A DNA stretch of 64,000 nucleotides, from contig CAXXWQ010000004.1 in assembly GCA_963674945.2 (NCBI GenBank), positions 480,001-544,000 of the forward strand, given 5' to 3'. Positions 39,652-49,115 of this stretch are shown here, one piece after another. How positions within the stretch are numbered: position 1 is the stretch's first letter; every line of letters starts with the position of its first letter. The notes beneath the pieces are model-generated. The model made no database searches. It worked only from the letters and a program-made list of their open reading frames with translations, and had not been told where the DNA came from. A program made the translations under genes and the position numbers. This DNA is from an uncultured Desulfosarcina sp. (GTDB lineage: Bacteria; Desulfobacterota; Desulfobacteria; Desulfobacterales; Desulfosarcinaceae).

Positions 39652-40926
39652 TTGAAACACCATTATCCACCAACGCTTCCTGAAATAAATCTTCAATATT
39701 CTCACATCATCGTAGCATTCTTCCTGATCGCAATCCTCTATGTTAGGGTTGATACGAGTTTTGGAGAAGGTTTTATAATAGGCGAGCGGTTACATATCGA
39801 GCCGGAAATAACGGTAAGGGAAAACTGCAGCGATAACATCTACCTTTCCGATGAAAACGAACAGGACGATTGGATCACCTCTATACTACCTTCTTTGGAA
39901 ACGAAGTTTGCCTTTACGCCACGGGTCCACCTGGATCTGACCTATTTAGGGCGTTTCGATTATTATCAGGATGCGGACAATTTCAGGGAAGATCATCACT
40001 ATGGCGATGCCGGCTTGAAAATGGAGACATCGAAAGGCTCTGCATTGACCGTGGGGGCATGGAGTGAGGACAGCGCCACCCAGCCCTATTCGGACACCGA
40101 TACCAGTAAGGACTACGTGATCAAAGCGCTGTATGGTGATGGAAACTTGAACATTTTGTCCTCCACGGAGCTGTTCGCCAATTATGAACACCGCTCGCGC
40201 CGCTATGATGAAACGCGGTATCAACAAGATGATTATGATCTGGATTTTATTGCCGTGGGCATGGTCAACGCCACCGGGTCCCTTCTCCCCTGGCTGCTGG
40301 AGTATCGCTATGAAATCCAGGAAAACGACCAGGACATACCCGAACCCAGCGAGTTCATCTATCAATCCGTATATACCGGTTTTCGCTGGCGAGAGGGCCA
40401 TCGCCTTACCGGAACCCTGCGTCTCGGCTACCTGTGGTCGGAATACGATAATGCAACCGCCTACGACGGGTGGGCCACGGATACGTCCATCGACTACGCC
40501 ATCGGCTCATTTACGACCGTCCGCGCAATCGCAGAACGGGGTGTCAGGGAAAGCACGCGGTCATCCCGGGAGACGCTGGATTATTACGTCTATAGCGGAG
40601 GGGGGCTATGGTTGACCTACCGACGCCTCGATCCGTTGCGTTTTACGATCTTCGGCGACTATGAGAACCAGGATTTCAAATCTGCGGTTGCAACCGAAGA
40701 CCGGCGCGAGGATGACATCGTCGTCGCCGGTTTGACCATCAGGTATCGGCTGCGCACCTGGCTCTCATTCGCAGTCGGCTACCGCTATCGCCAAAACGAT
40801 TCAACGATCGATGATCTGGACTATGTGGAGAACCGAATATTTGGGCAAGTGACACTCTTTTCCATCAGGCAGATCCGGGATCGGCGAGCCCAGCGACGGG
40901 ACGCGGATATCGACTATTTTAGGTAA
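39652..40926 (+). CDS. EPS-associated outer membrane beta-barrel protein; start uncertain
   Basis: Hydrophobic signal, DNIYL...DWITSILP, alternating Tyr/aromatic beta-strands, and C-terminal DYVENRIFGQVTL. It is the first gene of the wza-wzc operon. Confidence 0.8.
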   Translation: MKHHYPPTLPEINLQYSHIIVAFFLIAILYVRVDTSFGEGFIIGERLHIEPEITVRENCSDNIYLSDENEQDDWITSILPSLETKFAFTPRVHLDLTYLGRFDYYQDADNFREDHHYGDAGLKMETSKGSALTVGAWSEDSATQPYSDTDTSKDYVIKALYGDGNLNILSSTELFANYEHRSRRYDETRYQQDDYDLDFIAVGMVNATGSLLPWLLEYRYEIQENDQDIPEPSEFIYQSVYTGFRWREGHRLTGTLRLGYLWSEYDNATAYDGWATDTSIDYAIGSFTTVRAIAERGVRESTRSSRETLDYYVYSGGGLWLTYRRLDPLRFTIFGDYENQDFKSAVATEDRREDDIVVAGLTIRYRLRTWLSFAVGYRYRQNDSTIDDLDYVENRIFGQVTLFSIRQIRDRRAQRRDADIDYFR

Positions 40927-40950
40927 TCTAAAAAACACCGAGGTGTTCCA

Positions 40951-41802
40951 ATGAAACCGTTACGAAGAATTCTTTTTTTTGTGGCTGCATTTCTGATGTT
41001 GTTTCTAGTACACCGCCTGCCTCTTGCCGCCGAAAAGTCATCCACAGCCCAAGAATATACTATCGGTGTCGGGGATATGCTGCAAATTCAGGTGTGGGAT
41101 CATGCCGACCTGAGCCGGATCGTGGAAGTGTCCAGCGACGGAACCTTCTCGTTTCCCTTCATCGGCAAAGTGCAGGCATCGGGGGAAACCATCTTCACCC
41201 TGGAACATGACCTCATGCAACGATTGTCGGACGGTTACCTCGTCGCACCGCAGGTTACCGTCGGGGTTGCTGAATACAAACACAAAAAGGCATTCGTATT
41301 TGGAGAAGTAAACCGGCCGGGAAGCTACGTAATCAAGCCTCAAATGCGACTTCTGGAACTGATTTCCGATGCAGGTGGATTCACGGACGGCCAGGGCTCT
41401 GGGTGTACGATCGTGCGGACAAAGGAAGGACACCGAGGCGACGGGCCGGTCGCCGTCTCGGATGCATCGAAACAAGAGTTGATAGAGGTAGACCTGACGC
41501 GATTGACCGCCGGCGATCCAAAGGAAAACCTTCTCATCGAGCCCAACGATTCCATCTATATCAACGCAGTTGAACATGTATTTATTACCGGTGAAGTCAA
41601 AAAGCCGGGAGAAATCACCTATGCGGAAGGCATGACCGTCCGCCAGGCGATTTCCATGGCCGGCGGCGGTACGCCGAAAGCCTCTCTCGGCCGGACACGA
41701 ATCGTCAGGATAACCGATGGGAAAGAGATCGAGATAAAACCCCACCTCGGCGACACGATTCTTCCTGGCGATATCGTAAAAGTCCCCGAGAGCTATTTTT
41801 AG
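40951..41802 (+). CDS. wza: Polysaccharide export protein (Wza/OPX, SLBB domains)
   Basis: YTIGVGDMLQIQVW, DGTFSFPFIG, VFGEVNRPG, ITGEVKKPG and PGDIVKVPES. Confidence 0.9.
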   Translation: MKPLRRILFFVAAFLMLFLVHRLPLAAEKSSTAQEYTIGVGDMLQIQVWDHADLSRIVEVSSDGTFSFPFIGKVQASGETIFTLEHDLMQRLSDGYLVAPQVTVGVAEYKHKKAFVFGEVNRPGSYVIKPQMRLLELISDAGGFTDGQGSGCTIVRTKEGHRGDGPVAVSDASKQELIEVDLTRLTAGDPKENLLIEPNDSIYINAVEHVFITGEVKKPGEITYAEGMTVRQAISMAGGGTPKASLGRTRIVRITDGKEIEIKPHLGDTILPGDIVKVPESYF

Positions 41803-41854
41803 CCAAACCGCAGACCTAAACTCAGGTTTGAGCAACAACAGGAGCGTATTCGAT

Positions 41855-44596
41855 ATGTCCGCTAAATTTTCAACGGCCCTGGCCGAATCCAGTGCCCAGG
41901 CCGAGCACGCCTGGCATGAATCGTCGACCAAAGTGTCCGGATCGGCCGCACCACGAGCCGACGTCCAGGAAGCGCACCTTTCCGATTACCTGGAAATCCT
42001 GAAAAGGCGCAAATGGATCGTTATTTGCTTTTTCGTGTTGATTGTCGGTGCAATGGCCGCCGCATCGCTTTTCGCCATTCCCCAGTATCAGGCGAGTTCA
42101 CAGCTCATGCTGGGAGGAAAGCCGACACCGATGAATCCCCTTGGCGAAAGCCCCCAGCGGATCCCTGAAATCAATCTTTACTATAAAACCCAAGTCAATC
42201 TGCTCAGCAGTCGAACACTTGCGCGCAAGGTCATTAAGGCGATGGATCTGCAGGAGGTATACAAGGACCTGTCGAAACCGCATCCTTTTCTATCAGCGGC
42301 TGCCATGTTTTTTCATATCGGTAGTAAGGACTCCCAGGCCGATCCTATCACCATCCAGACCCCGGAAAATCCATCGGTTCAGGTCGGCTACAAGGTGATC
42401 GACTGGTATATACGCCACCTCACCGTCGAGCAGATACGCGACAGCAGTCTGGTAAAGGTCGGCTTCACCGGACCCGATGCATCCCTGATTACCCAGATTG
42501 TCAACACACATGCACAGGCAGCCATCGACAGTGCCGTGGAGCAACACAGAAAACAGGCTATAGATGCGCTGGAATGGCTGAAAACCCAAATTTCTGAACA
42601 AAAAAATGAGGTGGAATCATCACAGCGGGCCATTTACGAATTCAAGAAGCAGAACGATGCACTCTCCCTGGAAGACAACCAGATTATTTTCTCGCAGGAA
42701 CTGGAGGAACTCAACAGCGCGTTGACCCGGGCCAAGTCCGATCGGATCATGAAGCAGGCAACGTACATGGAACTTCAGAAAACCGTCAACGACAAAGAAG
42801 ACCTCTTGCATCTGCCGGTGATTGCCAAAGATCCGGTGGTTCAAAACCTGCGGACCCAGCTGGTAGCATTGATGTCCAGTCAAATCGAGCTGTCCACCAA
42901 GTATGGTCCCAAACACCCCAAAATGATCGAATTGAACAATGGTATTGAGCAATTGAAAAAAGAGATCGCCGGTGAGGCCAACCGTCAGGCCAAATCCATT
43001 AAGGCGGATCTGGACACGGCCATTGCAGTCGAAAATGCCATCAACAGATCGCTGCTTCAACAAAAACAGGCGGCCATGTCTCTGGGAGAGCAGGCCATCG
43101 AATACGATGTGCTGAAACAACAGGCCGAAAGCGCCCAGGACATCTACGACTTTTTATTGAAGCAATCCGAAGAACTCGGGCTTTCCAGCGCCATCAGCAG
43201 CAGCAACATGCGCATCGTCGATCAGGCGGAAGTGCCCGTTAGGCCGGTAAGCCCGAAGATTCTACTGAATCTGCTCCTGGCTGTGGCCCTTTCGCTATTC
43301 ACCGGTACGGGAATGGCCTTCTTCCTGGAGTATCTCGACAACACGGCGAAAACACCTCTCGATGTGGCCGTAAAACTGGGACTTCCGGTGCTTGGGATGA
43401 TCCCCGTGCACAAAACGCTGGGGCAGCCCAGATCCAATCATCGTCTCATCGGAGTCGAAAACCAAGGTCCCGGTAGCGAAATCCTTCCGCCGACCTATCA
43501 CATCTCCAATCGACTGCCGGACAGCCTTCGTTCACCTGCCGAAGGCCTGTACGGAAGAGTGCTGATCATCGAAAGCGTTACCATGGGTGAAGGGAAAACC
43601 ACGGTTATCTCGCAGATCGCATCGAATTTGACCGAATCCGGTCTGCGCGTTCTGTTGGTGGACTGCGATTTCCAGCGCCCCGCCCTCGATAAATTGTTCA
43701 AGGTATCCAAAAACGGCGGACTGGGAAAATCCATCGATCGCATCATGTCCCATAATATCAGCAGCGGTTCACTCTCCGACTACAGCGTTGGCGATCTCTT
43801 CTTCCTGATTGCCCTGAAAAAGAAAACCGGACGCCTGATCGTGAAAAATGAGGACCAGAACCTGGTCGCCTACTTTCAAAATGGAGTCCTGGTCCATATC
43901 CAAAACCCGGACAGTGCAGAATTCAACCGTATCGGCACCATGCTTCGCAACGGTGGATTCATTACGGATGATCAACTCGATGACGCCCTTACGCGGCATC
44001 GCCGAACCGGTCAGCCCATGGGGTACATTCTGATCAACGCCGGTTATATCGGCCGCGACAAGTTGAGGGGCCCGCTGCGGCTGCAAATCGAGGAGTATCT
44101 GCAAAAGATGTTCAGCTGGAAAAAGGGACAGTTTAAATTCATACCGGGCATGACGCAGATCTATGAAAACGAGAAAATCTTCTTCGAAGAAGACTACTCG
44201 GCCATGATCAACAATCTCGGACGAATCGAGCCCAGCACATTCATCGAAAAGGAGTTGTTCGAAAACATTCACAGCCTGCAGCAGGAGAACCTCTACCTTC
44301 TGCCTGCAGGCACCTCCTACAAACTGATCGGTGCGTTGAATCAAGTTCTGATGAAAAAAGTTTTCGAGAAGTTGAAGCATCACTTCGATGTATTGCTGGT
44401 GGACACGCCACCGTTGGATGCGGCGTCGGGAATCGAATCGATTTTCCCCCTTGCCGACGGGATCGTGGTTGTGGTCAAGGCGGGCCATCTGTCGATTAAG
44501 GTTATCAATGGTGCCTTGAGTCACCTGCCACAGGATAAAATCATCGGAACCATTTTGAATCAGGTAAAAATGACTCCGAATGCCTATTATTATTAA
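41855..44596 (+). CDS. wzc: Wzc-like polysaccharide co-polymerase / BY-kinase with an inserted DUF4388/MshEN-like domain
   Basis: LSDYLEILKRRKW TM1, YGPKHPKM, TM2; Walker A GEGKTT, A' LLVDCDFQRP, Walker B LLVDTPP; C-terminal YYY. The insertion spans about 43760-44150. An alternative start is TTG 41828. Confidence 0.9.
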   Translation: MSAKFSTALAESSAQAEHAWHESSTKVSGSAAPRADVQEAHLSDYLEILKRRKWIVICFFVLIVGAMAAASLFAIPQYQASSQLMLGGKPTPMNPLGESPQRIPEINLYYKTQVNLLSSRTLARKVIKAMDLQEVYKDLSKPHPFLSAAAMFFHIGSKDSQADPITIQTPENPSVQVGYKVIDWYIRHLTVEQIRDSSLVKVGFTGPDASLITQIVNTHAQAAIDSAVEQHRKQAIDALEWLKTQISEQKNEVESSQRAIYEFKKQNDALSLEDNQIIFSQELEELNSALTRAKSDRIMKQATYMELQKTVNDKEDLLHLPVIAKDPVVQNLRTQLVALMSSQIELSTKYGPKHPKMIELNNGIEQLKKEIAGEANRQAKSIKADLDTAIAVENAINRSLLQQKQAAMSLGEQAIEYDVLKQQAESAQDIYDFLLKQSEELGLSSAISSSNMRIVDQAEVPVRPVSPKILLNLLLAVALSLFTGTGMAFFLEYLDNTAKTPLDVAVKLGLPVLGMIPVHKTLGQPRSNHRLIGVENQGPGSEILPPTYHISNRLPDSLRSPAEGLYGRVLIIESVTMGEGKTTVISQIASNLTESGLRVLLVDCDFQRPALDKLFKVSKNGGLGKSIDRIMSHNISSGSLSDYSVGDLFFLIALKKKTGRLIVKNEDQNLVAYFQNGVLVHIQNPDSAEFNRIGTMLRNGGFITDDQLDDALTRHRRTGQPMGYILINAGYIGRDKLRGPLRLQIEEYLQKMFSWKKGQFKFIPGMTQIYENEKIFFEEDYSAMINNLGRIEPSTFIEKELFENIHSLQQENLYLLPAGTSYKLIGALNQVLMKKVFEKLKHHFDVLLVDTPPLDAASGIESIFPLADGIVVVVKAGHLSIKVINGALSHLPQDKIIGTILNQVKMTPNAYYY

Positions 44597-44780
44597 ACCG
44601 GTAATTAAATAGTACAATCTCTCATGAGCCGTATCATCATAAGTTCTTTATCGGCCGCAGTTTCGAGGAAAGCACAATGGTTAAAACGGGGCTATTTAAT
44701 TGCCGGTTTAACGCTAAACGATTAGGATACGATACTAAATTTTCTATCGACTCGACAGTGTAGAGAGAAAGGCGAAGGGA

Positions 44781-45206
44781 ATGAAGCTGTTGTCAAGCTT
44801 TCTTGGTAAACCGAGACGATATTCTTCGGTTACACCGAAAAATGATTCCTATGAGATCATCGCACGTTCCAAGTTCCGTGAGTTGATCGAAATGGAACGT
44901 CAGCGGGTGCATCGTGACAATCAACAGTTCTCCCTGCTCCTGTTCAATGCCGACCCGAATAACCGCAATGGTCTGTCAGTCGACCATATGGCCCGTCAGA
45001 TACATAAACGAATTCGGCGAATCGATCGTTTGGGCTGGTACGATGACTTTCTCATCGGTGTACTGCTCCCCAACACATCGTCCGACGGCGCCCAAGTCGT
45101 CGGCGAACTCATCGCAAATGAACTCACCAATGGACAGGATGATTCAGGTGAAAGCATACCTTTCCAAACGATGTCCTACCCGATGGTAAACGGACAAACA
45201 TCGTAA
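44781..45206 (+). CDS. Stand-alone degenerate GGDEF-like protein (RxxD retained)
   Basis: FRELIEMERQRVHR...FSLLLF...IRRIDRLGWYDDFLIGVLLPNT..DGAQVV follows the GGDEF fold, with the GGDEF motif replaced. Confidence 0.75.
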   Translation: MKLLSSFLGKPRRYSSVTPKNDSYEIIARSKFRELIEMERQRVHRDNQQFSLLLFNADPNNRNGLSVDHMARQIHKRIRRIDRLGWYDDFLIGVLLPNTSSDGAQVVGELIANELTNGQDDSGESIPFQTMSYPMVNGQTS

Positions 45207-45229
45207 TCATATTAATTGGATATGCACAC

Positions 45230-46009
45230 ATGAAATACACATTGATTTCTCACCCATCGATAACGCCCCGGCTATTGGATACCAGCTGGCAAACACTTCC
45301 TGACGGACTCGACGAGCTGTTTATCAAGAGAATCCCCCTGTGGAAACGAAGCATCGATATCGCCGGTTCACTGTTCGCCCTGATCCTTCTTGCACCAGTG
45401 CTTCTCGCCATTTCAGCGCTGATCAAAGTCGTATCGCCCGGACCGATTCTGTTCAAACAGTTACGTGTCGGACGCGGTGGCAGTCTTTTCACCTGTTATA
45501 AATTTCGCACCATGACCCTGGATGCCGATCCGACCGTGCACAAGGAATATCTCGAGCACCTGATCGACAGCAGCCATTCCAACGAAAGGCCAGGCGATCC
45601 CATGCAGAAGCTCGATCGGGATCCACGAATTATCAGATGCGGCAATTTTTTACGATCCAGCGGGTTAGATGAACTTCCCCAGCTGATCAATGTGCTGTTC
45701 GGACAGATGAGCCTGGTCGGCCCGAGACCGCCGATCCCTTACGAAGTCGAACGGTACCCGAACTGGTACATGGCCCGATTCGACGTTGTGCCCGGACTGA
45801 CAGGCCTGTGGCAGGTCAGCGGCAAGAACCGGCTTGGATTCAACGAAATGATGCGTCTTGATATTCAGTACGCATCGAACCTTTCCCTGTTCCTGGACTT
45901 TAAAATCCTGCTGATGACACCATTGGTTGTCTTCATGCAGGTCAGGGAAATGCGACGCAATCGCATTCCCGTTCCAAAAACCGAAACAGAGATGGGAGGA
46001 AAACAATGA
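45230..46009 (+). CDS. Priming sugar (phosphoglycosyl) transferase
   Basis: KRSIDI, SPGPILFKQLRVG, YKFRTM, DPRI, LDELPQLINV, MSLVGPRP and PGLTGLWQVSG. Confidence 0.94.
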   Translation: MKYTLISHPSITPRLLDTSWQTLPDGLDELFIKRIPLWKRSIDIAGSLFALILLAPVLLAISALIKVVSPGPILFKQLRVGRGGSLFTCYKFRTMTLDADPTVHKEYLEHLIDSSHSNERPGDPMQKLDRDPRIIRCGNFLRSSGLDELPQLINVLFGQMSLVGPRPPIPYEVERYPNWYMARFDVVPGLTGLWQVSGKNRLGFNEMMRLDIQYASNLSLFLDFKILLMTPLVVFMQVREMRRNRIPVPKTETEMGGKQ

Positions 46010-47076
46010 TATCGATCGGTGTGATCGGATGCGGCTATTGGGGGCCCAATCTGGTGCGCAACTTTTTTTCTCTGCGTGACTGCAAAGTAAAAAAACTGTG
46101 CGACACCGATACAAAACGCCTCGAGGCGGTGGCGGCACTCTACCCAAGTATCGAAATGACCACCCACTATGAGGATCTGATCGAAGATCCAGGGATCGAC
46201 GCCATCGTCATCGCCACACCGGTGCGCTGTCACTTCGAAATGGCACTCAAGAGTCTATTGGCGGGAAAGCACACACTGATCGAAAAACCGATGGCGAGCA
46301 GTATCAGGGAATGCATAATATTGATCGATGCGGCAGAAAAATATGGACTGACCCTCATGGCCGGGCACACCTTCATCTATTCGCCGACCGTACGCAAAAT
46401 CAGACAAATTGTCGAATCCGAAGAGCTCGGAGAGATTCAATATCTGTCTGCAAGGCGTCTGAACCTCGGGCTGTTCCAGAAGGACATCAACGTGGCCTGG
46501 GATCTGGCCCCCCACGATATTTCCATTCTACTATATATCCTGGACGACTTTCCCGTATCGGTCAACTGCCAGGGCAAAGCCCATGTCCATCCCAACATCG
46601 AAGATATCACCAATATGGTCCTTAGCTATGCCAACGGAAGAATCGCAACCATCCAGAGCAGTTGGCTGGATCCCAACAAGGTGCGAGACATGACCGTTGT
46701 CGGCAGTAAAAAGATGCTGGTCTACGATGATCTCGAACCCATGGAAAAAATAAAAATCTACGACAAGCATGTAGAGATCCCACCACATTACGACACCTAT
46801 GCCGAATTCCACTATGCGTATCACTACGGCGACATGTTCTCCCCGTATATCAAGCAGTATGAACCTCTCAAAATGCAATGTCAGCATTTTTTGGACTGCA
46901 TTCACACGGGCGAAAGGAGCGAAACCAACGGCATGGAAGCCCTCAAGGTCGTCCAGGTCCTGGAAGCGGCCACCGCGTCGCTGAAAAACGAAGGCTGCAG
47001 GATTCAATTGGAGGATCCATTTCAACAGAAATCATTTGAAGGGGCCTGCCCGGATCTGAAAGTCGGCGTTGCCTAA
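46006..47076 (+). CDS. Gfo/Idh/MocA oxidoreductase (WbpB/WlbA-like sugar dehydrogenase)
   Basis: IGVIGCGYWGPNLVRNF, EKPMA and WDLAPHD. Confidence 0.88.
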   Translation: MISIGVIGCGYWGPNLVRNFFSLRDCKVKKLCDTDTKRLEAVAALYPSIEMTTHYEDLIEDPGIDAIVIATPVRCHFEMALKSLLAGKHTLIEKPMASSIRECIILIDAAEKYGLTLMAGHTFIYSPTVRKIRQIVESEELGEIQYLSARRLNLGLFQKDINVAWDLAPHDISILLYILDDFPVSVNCQGKAHVHPNIEDITNMVLSYANGRIATIQSSWLDPNKVRDMTVVGSKKMLVYDDLEPMEKIKIYDKHVEIPPHYDTYAEFHYAYHYGDMFSPYIKQYEPLKMQCQHFLDCIHTGERSETNGMEALKVVQVLEAATASLKNEGCRIQLEDPFQQKSFEGACPDLKVGVA

Positions 47077-47096
47077 ATGTGAAAGGTGATACGGTC

Positions 47097-47564
47097 ATGA
47101 AAAAAATCTCACCGGACGTTACGCTTGGCAACAACGTGAAGGTTTACGACCCAGTCAACTTATACGGCTGCAGCATTGGCGAAAACACCAGCATCGGCAC
47201 CTTTGTCGAAATCCAGAAAAATGCACAGGTGGGGAAAAACTGCAAAATATCAAGCCACACCTTCATCTGTGAAGGGGTGGTCATAGAGGACAACGTGTTT
47301 ATCGGGCACAATGTTACCTTTATCAATGATCGTTACCCCAGGGCCACCAATGCCGACGGTGAGATGCAAGGAAAAGAAGATTGGACCTGCATCGGTACCA
47401 TGGTCAGGCGTGGTGCTTCCATCGGATCGAGTGCCACTTTAATGTGCGGTGTTACCATCGGAGAAAACGCCATCGTGGGCGCGGGAAGCGTGGTCACAAA
47501 AGACGTTCCCGCCAATTCGATGGTTATTGGCAACCCGGCAAAATTTCTTAAAAAGATAAAGTAG
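47097..47564 (+). CDS. Hexapeptide N-acyltransferase (WbpD/WlbB-like)
   Basis: VNLYGCSIG, FVEIQKNA, KISSHTFICEGV, FINDRYPRA and GAGSVVTKDVP. Confidence 0.9.
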   Translation: MKKISPDVTLGNNVKVYDPVNLYGCSIGENTSIGTFVEIQKNAQVGKNCKISSHTFICEGVVIEDNVFIGHNVTFINDRYPRATNADGEMQGKEDWTCIGTMVRRGASIGSSATLMCGVTIGENAIVGAGSVVTKDVPANSMVIGNPAKFLKKIK

Positions 47565-47572
47565 GCAGTAAA

Positions 47573-48688
47573 ATGAAAGTACCGTTTCTCGACTTAAAAG
47601 CCCAGTATGACACCATAAAAGATGAGATTGACGATGCCATCCGGCAAGTCATTGACAGCTGCAGCTTTGCCGGTGGCCCTTTTGTGGAAAAATTCGAAGG
47701 GGAGTTCGCGCGGTTTTGCGGAAGCAAATACGCCGTTGGCGTTGGAAGTGGAACCGAAGCACTGTGGCTGTCGCTATTGGCCCTTGGAGTTGGTGCCGGC
47801 GATGAAGTCATTACCGTTCCCAATACATTTATTGCCACAGTTGAGGCGATTAGCCTTTGCGGTGCGACCCCGGTCTTCGTGGATATTGAAGAAGCAACGT
47901 ATAATATGGATGCATCTCAACTGGAACATGCCATTACCGGCAAAACAAAGGCTATTCTACCGGTCCACCTCTTCGGCCACATGGCAGATATGGATCGGAT
48001 TATGGAAATTGCCAAAAATTATGGTCTGTTTGTCATAGAAGATGCCTGCCAGGCTCACGGTGCCGCGTATCGCGGGAAAAAGGCGGGAACCATCGGAGAT
48101 ATTGGATGTTTTAGTTTTTACCCTGGAAAAAATTTAGGAGCCTATGGTGATGCCGGCGCCTTGATCACAGACAATTCTGAGTTGGCTGAGAAAACCAGGA
48201 AACTAAGAGATCATGGCCAAAGCAAAAAATATTTCCATGATGTCATCGGATGGAATTCAAGAATGGATGGCCTGCAAGGGGCTGTGTTGAGTGTAAAGCT
48301 GAAGTTTATAAACAAGTGGAATGATAAACGGCGAGAAATTGCCGCATTATATGATCAATTGTTGCCGGAAAACAATTGTCTTAAAAAGCCACACAACGTC
48401 TCGCATAATCGGCATATCTATCATGTCTATGCAGTTCGTGCGAGGCAACGGGACAAACTCATAACGCATTTGCTCCGGAATAATGTTCAAACCGGGATTC
48501 ACTACCCTCTCCCTATACATCTGCAAGATGCATATCGCGGCATAAATGGTGATATGCATTTCCCCATTTCTGAAAAATGTTGTCGTGAACTCGTCTCATT
48601 ACCGATTTATCCAGAGATGCCGATCGAAAGTATTGAATATGTGTCGGAACAAATAAAAACCTTTTCGGAAAACATGATTCGGTCATAG
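47573..48688 (+). CDS. DegT/DnrJ/EryC1/StrS sugar aminotransferase (WbpE/WlbC-like)
   Basis: VPFLDLKAQY, IEDACQAHGA, FSFYPGKNLGAYGDAG and NSRMDGLQ. Confidence 0.94.
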   Translation: MKVPFLDLKAQYDTIKDEIDDAIRQVIDSCSFAGGPFVEKFEGEFARFCGSKYAVGVGSGTEALWLSLLALGVGAGDEVITVPNTFIATVEAISLCGATPVFVDIEEATYNMDASQLEHAITGKTKAILPVHLFGHMADMDRIMEIAKNYGLFVIEDACQAHGAAYRGKKAGTIGDIGCFSFYPGKNLGAYGDAGALITDNSELAEKTRKLRDHGQSKKYFHDVIGWNSRMDGLQGAVLSVKLKFINKWNDKRREIAALYDQLLPENNCLKKPHNVSHNRHIYHVYAVRARQRDKLITHLLRNNVQTGIHYPLPIHLQDAYRGINGDMHFPISEKCCRELVSLPIYPEMPIESIEYVSEQIKTFSENMIRS

Positions 48689-49060
48689 TCGAGCCTACCT
48701 CTGGGAACACAGGTATTGGCATTGCAATAATCGGGTGCCTTAAAGGCTATCCCGTCAAAATAGTGATGCCTGATAATATGATTGAAGAGCGTAAAAAGGT
48801 TATCCATGCACTAGAAGCAGAACTGACTTTAACTCCGGCAAATAAAAATATCAAAGGTGCATTGGCAATGGTGAGGGAAATGGCGGCAAAGGACAAGCGA
48901 ATTTTTATCCCCCAACAGTTTGAAAACCCCGAGAACCCCCACGGACACAATGAAGAAACAGCACGGGAATTATGGCACCAAATGAGGGGGAATCATTGAC
49001 TGTTTTGCTGCCGGCATTGGCAGTGGTGGAAGGCTTCAAGGCGTTGGAAAATTTTTCATT
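48670..49060 (+). pseudogene. cysK: Cysteine synthase (CysK/CysM family) remnant: N-truncated, frameshifted, C-truncated
   Basis: One frame reads KHDSVIVEPTSGNTGIGIA...VMPDNMIEERKK...QQFENPENP..H.EETARELW. After a frameshift near 48990 it reads IDCFAAGIGSGGRLQGVGKF. There is no start codon and no PLP-lysine region. Confidence 0.88.
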
Positions 49061-49115
49061 GATGTGAAAAATTCATTTTTGTTAGTTCGGAGAATCCTAT
49101 CGTCTGATTAAATTC

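Noticed and set aside
44781..45206. Active diguanylate cyclase
   Set aside because: The GG(D/E)EF motif and the metal-binding Asp region are degenerate.
48763..48999. 78-aa stand-alone ORF
   Set aside because: It is an internal fragment of the cysK pseudogene.
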